64,000 nt of DNA from a virus: positions 1-64,000 of IMG/VR virus record IMGVR_UViG_3300025115_000003. One strand, written 5' to 3'. Below are positions 9,533 through 19,542 of this stretch, one piece after another (positions within the stretch are counted from its first letter, which is position 1; each line of letters opens with the position of its first letter). The notes under the pieces are model-generated. The model had not been told where the DNA came from and did no database searches. It saw nothing but the letters and a program-made list of their open reading frames with translations. A program made the position numbers and the translations under genes.

Positions 9533-11695
9533 TTAATTATTATTATTTTGCATTGCTGCGAGTTTTAATTCTCTATCAGTAATTAGATTTTGTTCTAATT
9601 CAATAGCATCTAATTTATTTTGCGCTGTAATTTGGGCAGCTTCTTTTTGACCTTCTACTACAGCTTGAGCATTTCTACCTTCAATCTCTTTCATTTCCTT
9701 TTGGAATTGTCTATCCAATTCTGCATATTTTGCAATAGCTTGTCTAATTGCAGAAGAACTATCTCCATCTATTGCCTCAGCAGCTAATTCATCTTTACCA
9801 TTCTGAGCAGCACTAAATGCAAGATTCTTATATTCTTCTAATTTTTGCTTTTCTATAACAGAATTAGCAACAAAAATACCAAGTTGCATATTACTTAATT
9901 CACCACCTGGTATATTAAAATACCTTGTAGTACCGTCTTTTCTATTAAATAATGAACCACTTACTCCATCTATATAAGCTACTTTAGCAAATTCACAGCT
10001 AATCTTATGTTGTTTTGCTAACACATTATTGTATACAGTAGTCATTAAAATACTACCAAGTTTGGCTCTATATAAATTCTGTTCATTATTTCTAACTGTA
10101 GAACTTGCAGGAGCACTACCATAACGAGCATCATTCATGTTAGATAGTTCCCAAGCCTCAGCTTTTAGACTTTCTCTTAAATCAATTAAATCTCTAATAA
10201 AATTAGAAGCAGAGGTATTACCTACTACAATGTAATCTTTTGCTACATCTCTACCTGAATATTTAGTTTCATCATATATAATAGTATTATCAGCTTTAAG
10301 ATAAAACATATTAGCTTTAACACTACCGTCTTGAGATGCTAATAAACCTTTAGGTATTAATTCAGTAGGAAGTTTATATTTAGCTATTGCTCTTTCAATT
10401 TGCAAATTTATAATTCTGTATAAAGCAAGAATAGGTAATATCCTTTTTGGAATAGGATTAATAAAATTATGCTTTAGTAATCCTCTTTTACCAACAACTG
10501 GTAAATAAACAGTTCCATCTTCTTTATAAATCTGCACCTCTACAGGTTCAGGAACAAGATAAATACCAGATGTATAATCACCTAATAATACTTGTTTCCA
10601 AATTTCTTCAATCCAAATATCTTCTTCATTTATATCACCTAATTCAGGATTAAATTCATAGCTTTCATCTTCTATAGATTCAGTTAATTGTCCTAATGGA
10701 TTAAGTCTAACAATAGATTTCTTTTTTATTTCAGTTTTAAATAAAATAATATATTCATCTATAAAATCAGAATTAAATGTAAAGTTAGTATCTCCTGTTG
10801 AAACACCATCAAGATTAATAGAACCATATATATCTTTATATACTTGAGCAGGGATACTATTTGGCATATCACCAGTGGCTAATCTACTGGTTAATATATT
10901 TAAATATTCTCTATCCTTAGTAGTTAATTTATCTCCGTAAAAACTACTAATTTGAAAAATACTCATTCTCCTTTTAATAAGGAATCCATCACCTTCTTCT
11001 ACAGAATCTTTACCTGCTAAAATAGGAAATGCATCTAATGGTGATATAATATCAAACATTGCATTTCCATTAATAATATAATTGTAGAAATAAACTTCTT
11101 CTGTTGCCCACCAATCAAAAAAGCCTTGAAGTCTTTTATCTTCAAAACCATTTAGATCATTAATAAATTCGATTAAATCAGAAGCATATATTGCTCTTTC
11201 ATCTACCCATTCTAATTTCTTCTTTTTTACTTCTTCTTCTATATTACCTATAGGTTGAGAAGGTACATCTGTTTGTTGAAACTCATTAATTTTATTAATA
11301 ATGAATTGTTCAAGAATAGGTTGAATAGCTTGTGCTACATCTAAATTCTTTTTAATTACTATATCAGGATCATTTATCTTAACTGTGTATTGATAAGGTA
11401 AATCAATATATTCTCCTATGTTCTTTTCTTTAATAGGAGTAATAAAATCAATATCTCTAATTTCACCTGGTAATTTAGGAAGATCTTCACCTGGTTCAGC
11501 AGACAAAGGTTTAAGTACATATTCAAATACTTTATCTGGAATTATACCATTTGCAGCATTATAATTATCTACAGTATCAGATATACTCTTTTGAGAAGTA
11601 GCAGTAGTAATCCAATATTTGGCATTATTAACATACCAATCTCTGGACTTCTTTTTTCTAATAGGTACTCGTTGTTGAGGAAAAACTATTGACAT
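9533..11695 (-). CDS. Portal protein
   Basis: 720 aa directly downstream of TerL; FPQQRVP N-terminus, DFITPIKEKNIGEY, MNDARYG, coiled-coil C-terminus as in crAss portals. Confidence 0.8.
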   Translation of the reverse strand: MSIVFPQQRVPIRKKKSRDWYVNNAKYWITTATSQKSISDTVDNYNAANGIIPDKVFEYVLKPLSAEPGEDLPKLPGEIRDIDFITPIKEKNIGEYIDLPYQYTVKINDPDIVIKKNLDVAQAIQPILEQFIINKINEFQQTDVPSQPIGNIEEEVKKKKLEWVDERAIYASDLIEFINDLNGFEDKRLQGFFDWWATEEVYFYNYIINGNAMFDIISPLDAFPILAGKDSVEEGDGFLIKRRMSIFQISSFYGDKLTTKDREYLNILTSRLATGDMPNSIPAQVYKDIYGSINLDGVSTGDTNFTFNSDFIDEYIILFKTEIKKKSIVRLNPLGQLTESIEDESYEFNPELGDINEEDIWIEEIWKQVLLGDYTSGIYLVPEPVEVQIYKEDGTVYLPVVGKRGLLKHNFINPIPKRILPILALYRIINLQIERAIAKYKLPTELIPKGLLASQDGSVKANMFYLKADNTIIYDETKYSGRDVAKDYIVVGNTSASNFIRDLIDLRESLKAEAWELSNMNDARYGSAPASSTVRNNEQNLYRAKLGSILMTTVYNNVLAKQHKISCEFAKVAYIDGVSGSLFNRKDGTTRYFNIPGGELSNMQLGIFVANSVIEKQKLEEYKNLAFSAAQNGKDELAAEAIDGDSSSAIRQAIAKYAELDRQFQKEMKEIEGRNAQAVVEGQKEAAQITAQNKLDAIELEQNLITDRELKLAAMQNNNN

Positions 11696-11698
11696 ATA

Positions 11699-13981
11699 TT
11701 AATCTTTATAACCGTACAAACCTATTTGAGAATGAATTGATACATTATTTACTGCTTTAATTGCTTCATCCAGTTTCTTTATCTGTCTTACTTTATTTGC
11801 AAATGGATATAGCTTTAAACTACTTATTCTATCAAAATTACCTGTAAGATTAAAGTTTTCTATTTCAAGTAATGTTGGCAAGTCTTTTATATAATGATAA
11901 CTGTACACAATCTGTCCATCCTCTCTAATTGCTCGTTTATTATACAACCACTCTTTTAAATATATATGAGATTCAGTAGAGTTATCTCCACTACCCATAT
12001 TAATACCATAGTTGATACTTTCTTTACCAACAATTCTATTTGATATAATATCTGTAGGATCTTGCATTATTAAATGTAATTTACCCCACTTCTTAAAATC
12101 AGAAACTATAGTACCTCTATCAACCTCTGGTAAGACTTTAGCATTATAATGTTCACATAAATACAATACTATTCTATTAATTTCTTCCATAGTCTCAGGT
12201 CTACCTGCATAAGCTGCTACAATTATATCTCCTGTAGTAGAAGGTAAATTAGTAGGATGCATTAATACATGAATACTATTTAAAGAATTTTTATTAATAA
12301 CTAATTCAGTTTTTTTATCCTTAGCCACACTATCAAAGACAACAGTATATAAATTATCAGGAGTTCTACCTTCTATAGTATAAGGAGGATAAAATTCTCT
12401 TATGCAACCATAGAAATCTTTCTTAGGATTAAACGGTACATCTTCAATATAAGGATGAGCATACTTTTCAAGACCTTCAGCAATTAATTGTTTATTAGTC
12501 TTAAATACAATCTTCTTTCCTATTTCAAATAGCATTCCATCTCTATAATAAGATAGAGCAGGATTAGATTGTAATTCAGAAATATGAGCAGATAAACCAG
12601 GACTACTATATATATTCTCATTAGCAGTTTTAAACGCTTCAGCAGGTTTATTTGCTCTTTGTCCAACATAAGTTAACCATTTATCTACAGATTGTTCAGC
12701 AGCATATTTCTTTTTATCTTCAATATCATATTTTTCTGCTTCTAATAATAAACTATTACCATGTTGATCTATAAACGGTTCCATGTTTAATACTTGAGGA
12801 TGAAAGAAACCACATACAGTTCTTCTTGAATTATCATCCCAAATATTTTCAAATGGCATCATTTTATAATTAGCAGGATTATAAAAAGCTGTACTAAAAG
12901 GTCTCCAGTCAGCACCTTTAACACCTGCTGTACCATAACATCTAATAGTACCTACATTACCGGCACCTACTTCAGTAGAACTTAAAGTAACATCTAATGC
13001 CTGATCAAGATTATTACATTTACCAGATTCTTCAAAGTCTATTTCTAAAGCACGTTTACCAATAGCAGCACTGGGATTATTAAATAAAGATACAGATAAA
13101 GCCTTACTTCTAAATCCAAATTTCTTATTGCCACCTTTTTTAGTTTTATACCCTAACTCAATAGCATCTAACTTTTCAGATAAATAAAATCTTTTCCAAT
13201 GAGTATTCTCTTCATACCAGTCAAGATTAGTCTTAACCATATCAGAAGTAGCACCTTGATCAGTAAGATAAGCTAAGTCATAAGCAGCTAAGATTACAGT
13301 AGCAAAAGGAATAATATTAATAGTATTAGCAGCTTGACTACCTCTTTTATAAGAATAACCTTTGCCACGAGCTTTAGCTTTAGTTAAGTGATAATTATTA
13401 TCTGCTATAAATCTATCAATCTTAAAGTTCCAATAATCACCATCCCAAAATCTTGGAAAACCTTGAACTAATTTAGTTTTATAATCACCTTTTTCATGTA
13501 ACTCTATTTGTTCTTGCTTAGTAGGAGTTCTTAATATTCTACCATAATTAAGATAATTATAATGATCACCAGTAATATGTAAATCTGTAATACTGCCATC
13601 TTTAAGTTTACACTTAGCAGTCATTCCATTTCTACGTCTGTATGTTTCTTGTTTCCAAAATTCATTATACTCATTAGTACCTTTTACATGAGGACAATAA
13701 TAATATTTACCTTTGTTTTCTCCAATAGATACATCTAATCCTTCAATCCATGCAACTAAATCAGGATTCTTTTTATTTTCTTCATAAGCATGAGCTACCT
13801 TAGAAAATATATCTGTATCTATAAATTGAAAATCTATATTAAGTAAAAATCCTCCTGATGCTCCAACTTTAAAATCATTATCTGGATCAATAAATGGCTT
13901 ATTAGTTCTACTATCTATGACAGTAGAAGCAAAGTCATACATTGACTTATCAGAAAATACGTATTCTATAAAAGGTAACAT
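11699..13981 (-). CDS. terL: Terminase large subunit
   Basis: Walker A-like KARGKGYSY, Walker B IDFEESG, GTAG coupling motif, C-terminal nuclease with NFDRIS. Confidence 0.9.
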   Translation of the reverse strand: MLPFIEYVFSDKSMYDFASTVIDSRTNKPFIDPDNDFKVGASGGFLLNIDFQFIDTDIFSKVAHAYEENKKNPDLVAWIEGLDVSIGENKGKYYYCPHVKGTNEYNEFWKQETYRRRNGMTAKCKLKDGSITDLHITGDHYNYLNYGRILRTPTKQEQIELHEKGDYKTKLVQGFPRFWDGDYWNFKIDRFIADNNYHLTKAKARGKGYSYKRGSQAANTINIIPFATVILAAYDLAYLTDQGATSDMVKTNLDWYEENTHWKRFYLSEKLDAIELGYKTKKGGNKKFGFRSKALSVSLFNNPSAAIGKRALEIDFEESGKCNNLDQALDVTLSSTEVGAGNVGTIRCYGTAGVKGADWRPFSTAFYNPANYKMMPFENIWDDNSRRTVCGFFHPQVLNMEPFIDQHGNSLLLEAEKYDIEDKKKYAAEQSVDKWLTYVGQRANKPAEAFKTANENIYSSPGLSAHISELQSNPALSYYRDGMLFEIGKKIVFKTNKQLIAEGLEKYAHPYIEDVPFNPKKDFYGCIREFYPPYTIEGRTPDNLYTVVFDSVAKDKKTELVINKNSLNSIHVLMHPTNLPSTTGDIIVAAYAGRPETMEEINRIVLYLCEHYNAKVLPEVDRGTIVSDFKKWGKLHLIMQDPTDIISNRIVGKESINYGINMGSGDNSTESHIYLKEWLYNKRAIREDGQIVYSYHYIKDLPTLLEIENFNLTGNFDRISSLKLYPFANKVRQIKKLDEAIKAVNNVSIHSQIGLYGYKD

Positions 13982-13984
13982 TCT

Positions 13985-14599
13985 TTACCAATCTCTATTT
14001 GGATCAGCACTATCTGGAACCTCTTCTTCAGTTCCTCTTAATAAAGTTCTATCAGTAAGGCTTGTATCTCTTTCTAATTCCTTCATTGCTTCTTTAAGTG
14101 ATCTAACCTCACCTGGAATACCCTTTGAAACACTAATAATAACAGATATCAAATCTAACAATTCTTGAGCCTGATTTTTATTTAAACCTGCTTCCGAATC
14201 CATTAAATCACTAATACTCTTTCTTACCTTTTGAACAATATTACCATAATATTTAAAACTCTTTAATAACTCACCTATTACTTCATTTACTACAGAATGA
14301 CAAGTATCCTTATAATCAACAATAGCTTGTTTAACTATAGCATCAGGTTTCCATTTATCTGGAAAACTTATTTTAGTTAATATAAAATTATGTGCTTCTT
14401 TATCGCTAAGTCCTTTCTTGTACACAGGAGATTCATAATCAGCCATAAACCAAACATATGCTAATTCTCTATGAGCCATATCTTTAGTTTTATCTCTTTT
14501 TATAATCTCTCTAAAAGAATCATAAGAGAGTAATTCAATAGTATTAACTATTAATTTACCATCTTCATTGATCTTAAATATATTAATCTTTGTCGACAT
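13985..14599 (-). CDS. Candidate terminase small subunit
   Basis: Helical ~200-aa protein immediately upstream of TerL; likely start MSTKINIF at 14599. Confidence 0.45.
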   Translation of the reverse strand: MSTKINIFKINEDGKLIVNTIELLSYDSFREIIKRDKTKDMAHRELAYVWFMADYESPVYKKGLSDKEAHNFILTKISFPDKWKPDAIVKQAIVDYKDTCHSVVNEVIGELLKSFKYYGNIVQKVRKSISDLMDSEAGLNKNQAQELLDLISVIISVSKGIPGEVRSLKEAMKELERDTSLTDRTLLRGTEEEVPDSADPNRDW

Positions 14600-15053
14600 A
14601 TGGTAAATTAGCAACTTTAACTTTAACTATATAACCATCATCCATATATTTCTTAACTAAATCAAATAGAGGTTTTTCATAAGTATTATATATTCTAAAG
14701 TTTACTTCATCTACATTGCTTGCAACCAATGGACAGCCTTCAGTATTATGATGTGTATTACCGCCATGAAAATACACATGAGAAAAACTAACTCCACCTT
14801 GTTTAATAGTAGCTTTATCTTTCTCTGTATATAAACATAGCATATCTCTTTTAAATCTATTAGAATATCTAATACCTATATTATATCCATTTGGATTTTC
14901 AAATATAGCAGTATGAGTTTTAATTTTAACTCCAAAAGGTCTAACTGCATCTTCTAAAGTATAACATAATAATTTATCACCAAGATAAAGTTTACCTAAA
15001 GTAGTATCAGTAGAATATTTATATCTAATTAAATCAAGATAAATTGTTTCCAT
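14583..15053 (-). CDS. DUF5675-family L,D-peptidase (putative endolysin)
   Basis: TTLGKL...CYTLED...YFHGGNT...TEGCPLV with His/Cys catalytic pattern. Confidence 0.75.
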   Translation of the reverse strand: METIYLDLIRYKYSTDTTLGKLYLGDKLLCYTLEDAVRPFGVKIKTHTAIFENPNGYNIGIRYSNRFKRDMLCLYTEKDKATIKQGGVSFSHVYFHGGNTHHNTEGCPLVASNVDEVNFRIYNTYEKPLFDLVKKYMDDGYIVKVKVANLPYVDKD

Positions 15054-15056
15054 AAT

Positions 15057-15566
15057 TTATAAGTTTAAATATACAACATAATCATTATATGCCTTAGCTT
15101 TACCACCAAAGTAAGGAAATAGATAATAACCAAAATTCCAATTTTTAAATTCAATAGGTACAGTATAAATATTATTTATAGTTAAATATACCTTAACTGT
15201 ATTAAGTTTAATTCTAACTTTAACTTTCTGACCAGCACTAAATGACATATAAGGTATTCTTTTTTCAACACCTTTATAATCACTTATAATATATAAATCG
15301 TATTTATCTTTGGTAATAGTAGGATACCAACCAATAACTATACTATTAACAAATTGTTTAGTAAAAGGTATTTTACCTAATATTCTTTCACCATGTATAA
15401 TAGAAGAAATACCAACAATTTTACTAATTCCATCTCCTTCTACTAAACTACTATTAAACCAACCTTCTTTAACAATAAATTCAAATGTAAATTCTTTTTT
15501 ATTAAACCAAAATTTAGGAATCCATCTGGACTTATGACTGTTCTTTTTTACAGTATATACTTTCAT
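15057..15566 (-). CDS. Hypothetical beta-rich protein
   Basis: 169-aa ORF in operon; C-terminal YLFPYFGG. Confidence 0.7.
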   Translation of the reverse strand: MKVYTVKKNSHKSRWIPKFWFNKKEFTFEFIVKEGWFNSSLVEGDGISKIVGISSIIHGERILGKIPFTKQFVNSIVIGWYPTITKDKYDLYIISDYKGVEKRIPYMSFSAGQKVKVRIKLNTVKVYLTINNIYTVPIEFKNWNFGYYLFPYFGGKAKAYNDYVVYLNL

Positions 15567-16540
15567 CGTCTAAATATATTTAATTGTGGTTCAGCTTTAA
15601 GTTTACTTCCACAATAATGATCGACCATTTTAACAATATCTTCTTTCATATAATTAATAGGTAATATATCAGTTACTTGTTTACCTATTAATTCAGGATA
15701 CCTTATAATATCAGGATGATCTTTAGTATAATAATCATGCCTAATATGACAAAGAATTAATGCCTGATTAACTAAACCAAATGCTTCAGTTAACCAGGCA
15801 TATTTACTTAATTGTAATGAATATTTAATACCAGTGCTTTGATGTAAATAATGTAATGGAAATCTTAATCTATCTTCATTAAGTATATAATTAGTAATAT
15901 TTCCATTATCATCTTTATCATAATAACCAGATTCAAATCTAATAGGAGCTTTATTAGTTTTCCAATCTAATATAACAAAATTATTATCTTTAATTAAAAA
16001 AATATCAATTAAACCAGCAATTAATCTAACATAATCATAAACACATATCTCAGAGTATATACTCCAACCATCATTTACAAAGGCTTCAATTATCTTATAA
16101 ATTTTAGGGTATTTATCCTTAACACCTAATTTAATAAAAGTATTTAAATCTAATTTACCTATATTAGTATTTGGATTAAGAATTAAATCTTTGATAGTAA
16201 ATAATCTTCCAGATTGAACTACAAAAGGAGAAACAAATCCTGTAGCAGTATCTACAGAATCTTCTAAATAACTATGTGTAGAATTACCAATGTTTTGACC
16301 AGTTATTCTATCTTTCTCCCATTTAGCTAATATTTGTAAATAAGTCATTCCCTTATACCTATTATATTTAGGATGTAAAGGATTTTTACCTATCTTTTCA
16401 CAGGCTTTAGCTATATCTCTTTCTTTATCTGCAAACTTATATTCATAATCACCTATAACAGTTGTAACACTTGTATAACTATTACCAAAGTTATCTGTAT
16501 ATTTATGACGTTTACTATCAAATAATATTTCTATATCCAT
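15563..16540 (-). CDS. PD-(D/E)xK exonuclease
   Basis: H-x-Y...SVTT, SE...AGLID...ILDWKT, YSLQLSKY motifs. Confidence 0.8.
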   Translation of the reverse strand: MDIEILFDSKRHKYTDNFGNSYTSVTTVIGDYEYKFADKERDIAKACEKIGKNPLHPKYNRYKGMTYLQILAKWEKDRITGQNIGNSTHSYLEDSVDTATGFVSPFVVQSGRLFTIKDLILNPNTNIGKLDLNTFIKLGVKDKYPKIYKIIEAFVNDGWSIYSEICVYDYVRLIAGLIDIFLIKDNNFVILDWKTNKAPIRFESGYYDKDDNGNITNYILNEDRLRFPLHYLHQSTGIKYSLQLSKYAWLTEAFGLVNQALILCHIRHDYYTKDHPDIIRYPELIGKQVTDILPINYMKEDIVKMVDHYCGSKLKAEPQLNIFRR

Positions 16541-16692
16541 TAAAATAAGATAATTGACTTAGACTTTATAATATAGTTTATGTTTTCAATTAACCCTTTT
16601 TTCTTACCTGACTTGCTAACTTCCTGTATTACCTTATTATATAAGACAGGAGTAAGATTTTTATTAGCTGACTGTTTGATAATGATATTCAT
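16540..16692 (-). CDS. Small basic hypothetical protein, 50 aa (not in ORF track)
   Basis: MNIIIKQSANK...SIILF*; TAATG overlap with the nuclease start; lies just after a promoter. Confidence 0.5.
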   Translation of the reverse strand: MNIIIKQSANKNLTPVLYNKVIQEVSKSGKKKGLIENINYIIKSKSIILF

Positions 16693-16708
16693 ATACTAAA
16701 TTTTTATA

Positions 16709-16739
16709 CAAAGATAATATATAAATATACATTTGTCAA
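16709..16739 (-). promoter_or_regulatory. Bacteroidota-type host RNAP promoter
   Basis: Minus strand TTGACA-N17-TATCTTTG (TAnnTTTG -7 element). Confidence 0.7.
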
Positions 16740-17161
16740 GTATTTTTGATACTTTTTTGTAAATTTAATGTTAAATTGTCCACAGCTTCATTCTTGAACC
16801 GCTTACTATTTCCAATTTTAATTTCTCTGCCTACAATAGCCATCTGTTTATCTACTTCTTCTTTTTTATCAATGGGTAAATCATTGTAACTTTCAAACCC
16901 CATTGCTTCAACTAATTTATGTCTATAATCTAAATAATCTAATTTATTCTTTTTAATTGTAATATTACCAATTCTTGGTAGATAAATATCTTTACGCATA
17001 TTCATAAAAGAATTAGCTACTTTAGATATATGAGATTCTAATTCAATTATTAAATTAGATAAAACTATAGGAGATACATCATCAAAGTGACCTATGTATT
17101 TATCAAACTTAGGTTCTTTACAATCTATTATAGTTCTACTATATACTACTTCATTATCCAT
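16736..17161 (-). CDS. IHF/HU-like DNA-binding protein
   Basis: DIYLPRIGNITIK resembles the HU/IHF beta-arm motif; IHF-like genes occupy this position in crAss-like phages. Confidence 0.5.
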   Translation of the reverse strand: MDNEVVYSRTIIDCKEPKFDKYIGHFDDVSPIVLSNLIIELESHISKVANSFMNMRKDIYLPRIGNITIKKNKLDYLDYRHKLVEAMGFESYNDLPIDKKEEVDKQMAIVGREIKIGNSKRFKNEAVDNLTLNLQKSIKNT

Positions 17162-17625
17162 TACTCAACAATTCCTATTACATCAACGGCATCTAAGATA
17201 AAATAATTAATAATATCAATAGTAGGATAAACCTTAATAAATAAAGAATAATCTTCCTTAGATAGCTTTCTTGCTCTATCTATAAAAGTAGTAAATCTTT
17301 GAGGATTAAGATCAGTAGGAATAGCCTTTGAAGCTAAATCTGCTCTTACATAACCGTTAATAACAATTCTCTTACCTATCCAATCTTTATATTCATCATT
17401 AGCAGCAATTACTTCCATATAATCTGCTGTAACAGTAAAATTCTTTTGATCAATAGATAAAATATTAAAAGTTTTAAAATCTTTTTGAACACCTTTTACT
17501 AATAAACATTTACCAACAGGTTTAATATTTGGTAAAATATTTACATCATAGATTACATCTACAAAAGTTTTAACTTCTGGTTGTAATTCTAATTCTTCTA
17601 CTAACTTTGTTTCTAACTCACTCAT
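17161..17625 (-). CDS. GroES/Cpn10-like protein, first gene of the virion operon
   Basis: IKPVGKCLLVK...EVIAA...IGKRIVI...YFILDAVDVIGIVE parallels GroES N- and C-terminal motifs. Confidence 0.45.
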   Translation of the reverse strand: MSELETKLVEELELQPEVKTFVDVIYDVNILPNIKPVGKCLLVKGVQKDFKTFNILSIDQKNFTVTADYMEVIAANDEYKDWIGKRIVINGYVRADLASKAIPTDLNPQRFTTFIDRARKLSKEDYSLFIKVYPTIDIINYFILDAVDVIGIVE

Positions 17626-17939
17626 AATAAAAGTTTTTTATTTATTTATAAATATATTATTTAAAAGACCTTCTAATTTAATAATCCAGAATCATCACCT
17701 GGTTATTACCATGACACCTTTTCAACTACTATTTGGTTTACCATTTGATTTAACAATCTGATTCAAAAAAAATTATATTTTTAATCCTGACTGCGTTTAT
17801 ACTACCATTTAAGATTTAATCTTAATTAAATCTTACTGCGGTAAAACCTTCAGTTTTTGAATTTGTATCTTAACTGTTGTTTAAAATGTTAATCTAATTA
17901 ACATCTTATATTATATAAGGGGGGGATCGAATTACCTGA

Positions 17940-17970
17940 CAAAGGTAATTAAAATTTTTGACAAAGTCAA
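17940..17970 (-). promoter_or_regulatory. Bacteroidota-type promoter facing the virion operon
   Basis: Minus strand TTGACT-N17-TACCTTTG, same spacing as the 16709 and 33481 promoters. Confidence 0.65.
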
Positions 17971-18135
17971 TAAAATACAGGCTAAAATTAGCCCTAAATC
18001 AGCTTAATTGTTAACAAGTTATTAACAGGAGTGAAATTATTAACAGTACAATAAAAACTAATATTATTATTAGTATTAATATTAGTATTATATTCAATAA
18101 TAGTTTTATAACTAATAAGGTAATGATCAGTTGTT

Positions 18136-18186
18136 AAACCCATAGGATAGGAAGCATATATGGGGGAACTTCATGTTTGTAACAGA
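18136..18186 (+). repeat. AAACCCATAGGATA element, copy 1
   Basis: 14-nt core identical to three other copies; ends in TTGTAACAGA like the 46140 copy. Confidence 0.85.
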
Positions 18187-18566
18187 CCTCTAATATAACA
18201 GTTAAAGTACCGGTACTATCTTCTAATAGTCTATTAAAAGTACCCCCGTCAAATTCTAATACTAAAATAATATATACAAATAAAAAACATTATCTATCAT
18301 TATCCTATATATACATTGCCAAAAAATAATAATTAATGTAAATGATAAATTAGATAATAAAATGTAATATAAAAAATTAAAATATATAAATAAGAATAAA
18401 GATATTAAAATAAAGATAATAGTAAATAATAAAAATTAAAAAGAAATAATAGAATGATTAAAATAATAAATAGGAAGAATATGATATGATAAAAGGTAAT
18501 TGAAATGTGAATGTAATAGAGAGATGGAATCACCTTCATGACTTATGGTATGTTGTTAGTCTGAAT

Positions 18567-18584
18567 CTTGTACCCCCGTACAAG
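18567..18584 (+). promoter_or_regulatory. Perfect hairpin upstream of first early gene
   Basis: CTTGTAC-CCCC-GTACAAG; GTACCCCCGT also at 18240-18249. Confidence 0.45.
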
Positions 18585-18625
18585 TTTTCAATTAAATTTC
18601 TATTAACCCATAAAAAATTAAAGTT

Positions 18626-19138
18626 ATGTCAAATCCTGTTAAGGGCAATAGCCCAAGAACTACTATGCATCAGGTTGTAATTTCCAGTATCAAACCAGCT
18701 AAGACTTATGATGATTTGTTCATCGTGACTGGCAGAGACGATATCTCAGGAGAATCTCTAACATTTAGCTGTAATGCAGCCATAATGGAAGGAGTTACCG
18801 AAGAGTCAGTTTGCTCTGTTGTGCTGGAACATCGTGTGGGAGGTTTAACTACCTATATCACAAGGGAAAAGGAATTGCGTATTCATGAACGTGACGGTGT
18901 TGCTGCAAAGAGTATCATACCTGTTAAACGTGTACTCACAATGAATGACGCAATTGCTATGAATGCAGCATCGTTGCAAGCCAGATTTGGTCAAATGTTT
19001 GTGACGAAAAGCCCTACCATTCAGATTACAGCAAAGAGCGACGTACCTGAACCGGAAGAAGCCGAAGTTGTAGAAACAGCAGAAGTACCAGCAGAAGTAC
19101 CAGCAAAAGCAACAGCAAAGCCTAAAGGTACAAAGTAA
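18626..19138 (+). CDS. Hypothetical early protein with low-complexity A/E/P/K tail
   Basis: 170-aa ORF, A-rich leader, followed by terminator. Confidence 0.8.
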   Translation: MSNPVKGNSPRTTMHQVVISSIKPAKTYDDLFIVTGRDDISGESLTFSCNAAIMEGVTEESVCSVVLEHRVGGLTTYITREKELRIHERDGVAAKSIIPVKRVLTMNDAIAMNAASLQARFGQMFVTKSPTIQITAKSDVPEPEEAEVVETAEVPAEVPAKATAKPKGTK

Positions 19139-19163
19139 CCACTAAAACGAGTAAAACGAGATT

Positions 19164-19194
19164 AGAGGGCAGCAATGCTCTCTTTTCTCTTTTT
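19164..19194 (+). terminator. Intrinsic terminator
   Basis: AGAGGGCA-GCAA-TGCTCTCT followed by T-rich tract. Confidence 0.75.
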
Positions 19195-19234
19195 ATTTCT
19201 CCCATGTTTAAAATAAACCCTAATACATAAAACA

Positions 19235-19540
19235 ATGACAACAGTTGAATTACTACATATTGGCTTACTGTTCTTAATCCTTATTGTATTAATAGGATTG
19301 TACTCTTTAGCCGTAATGATTAAAGATCATTTTGCTGATTGTTTTAAAGATGAGGATTTGGAAGCTCCTTTTAATAGGAGATCAGAAATTACTGCTGAAC
19401 TCTTTATGAGCCATGATTACTTTAAAACATTAAATTATACTGATTTACTATTCATACTTAGTGGTATGGATGATAAAGAAGTAGAGAAACTCGGTGATGA
19501 TATACATGAAATAGCAGATAAATTCATTAAAAATAGATAA
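19235..19540 (+). CDS. Hypothetical membrane-anchored protein
   Basis: N-terminal hydrophobic helix. Confidence 0.7.
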   Translation: MTTVELLHIGLLFLILIVLIGLYSLAVMIKDHFADCFKDEDLEAPFNRRSEITAELFMSHDYFKTLNYTDLLFILSGMDDKEVEKLGDDIHEIADKFIKNR

Positions 19541-19542
19541 CC

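Larger units (their letters stand above)
17626..18625. other. Divergent 1-kb non-coding control region (candidate origin / genome end region)
   Basis: No long ORF, coding strand switches, extreme A-rich tract at 18260-18480, several palindromes. Confidence 0.6.
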
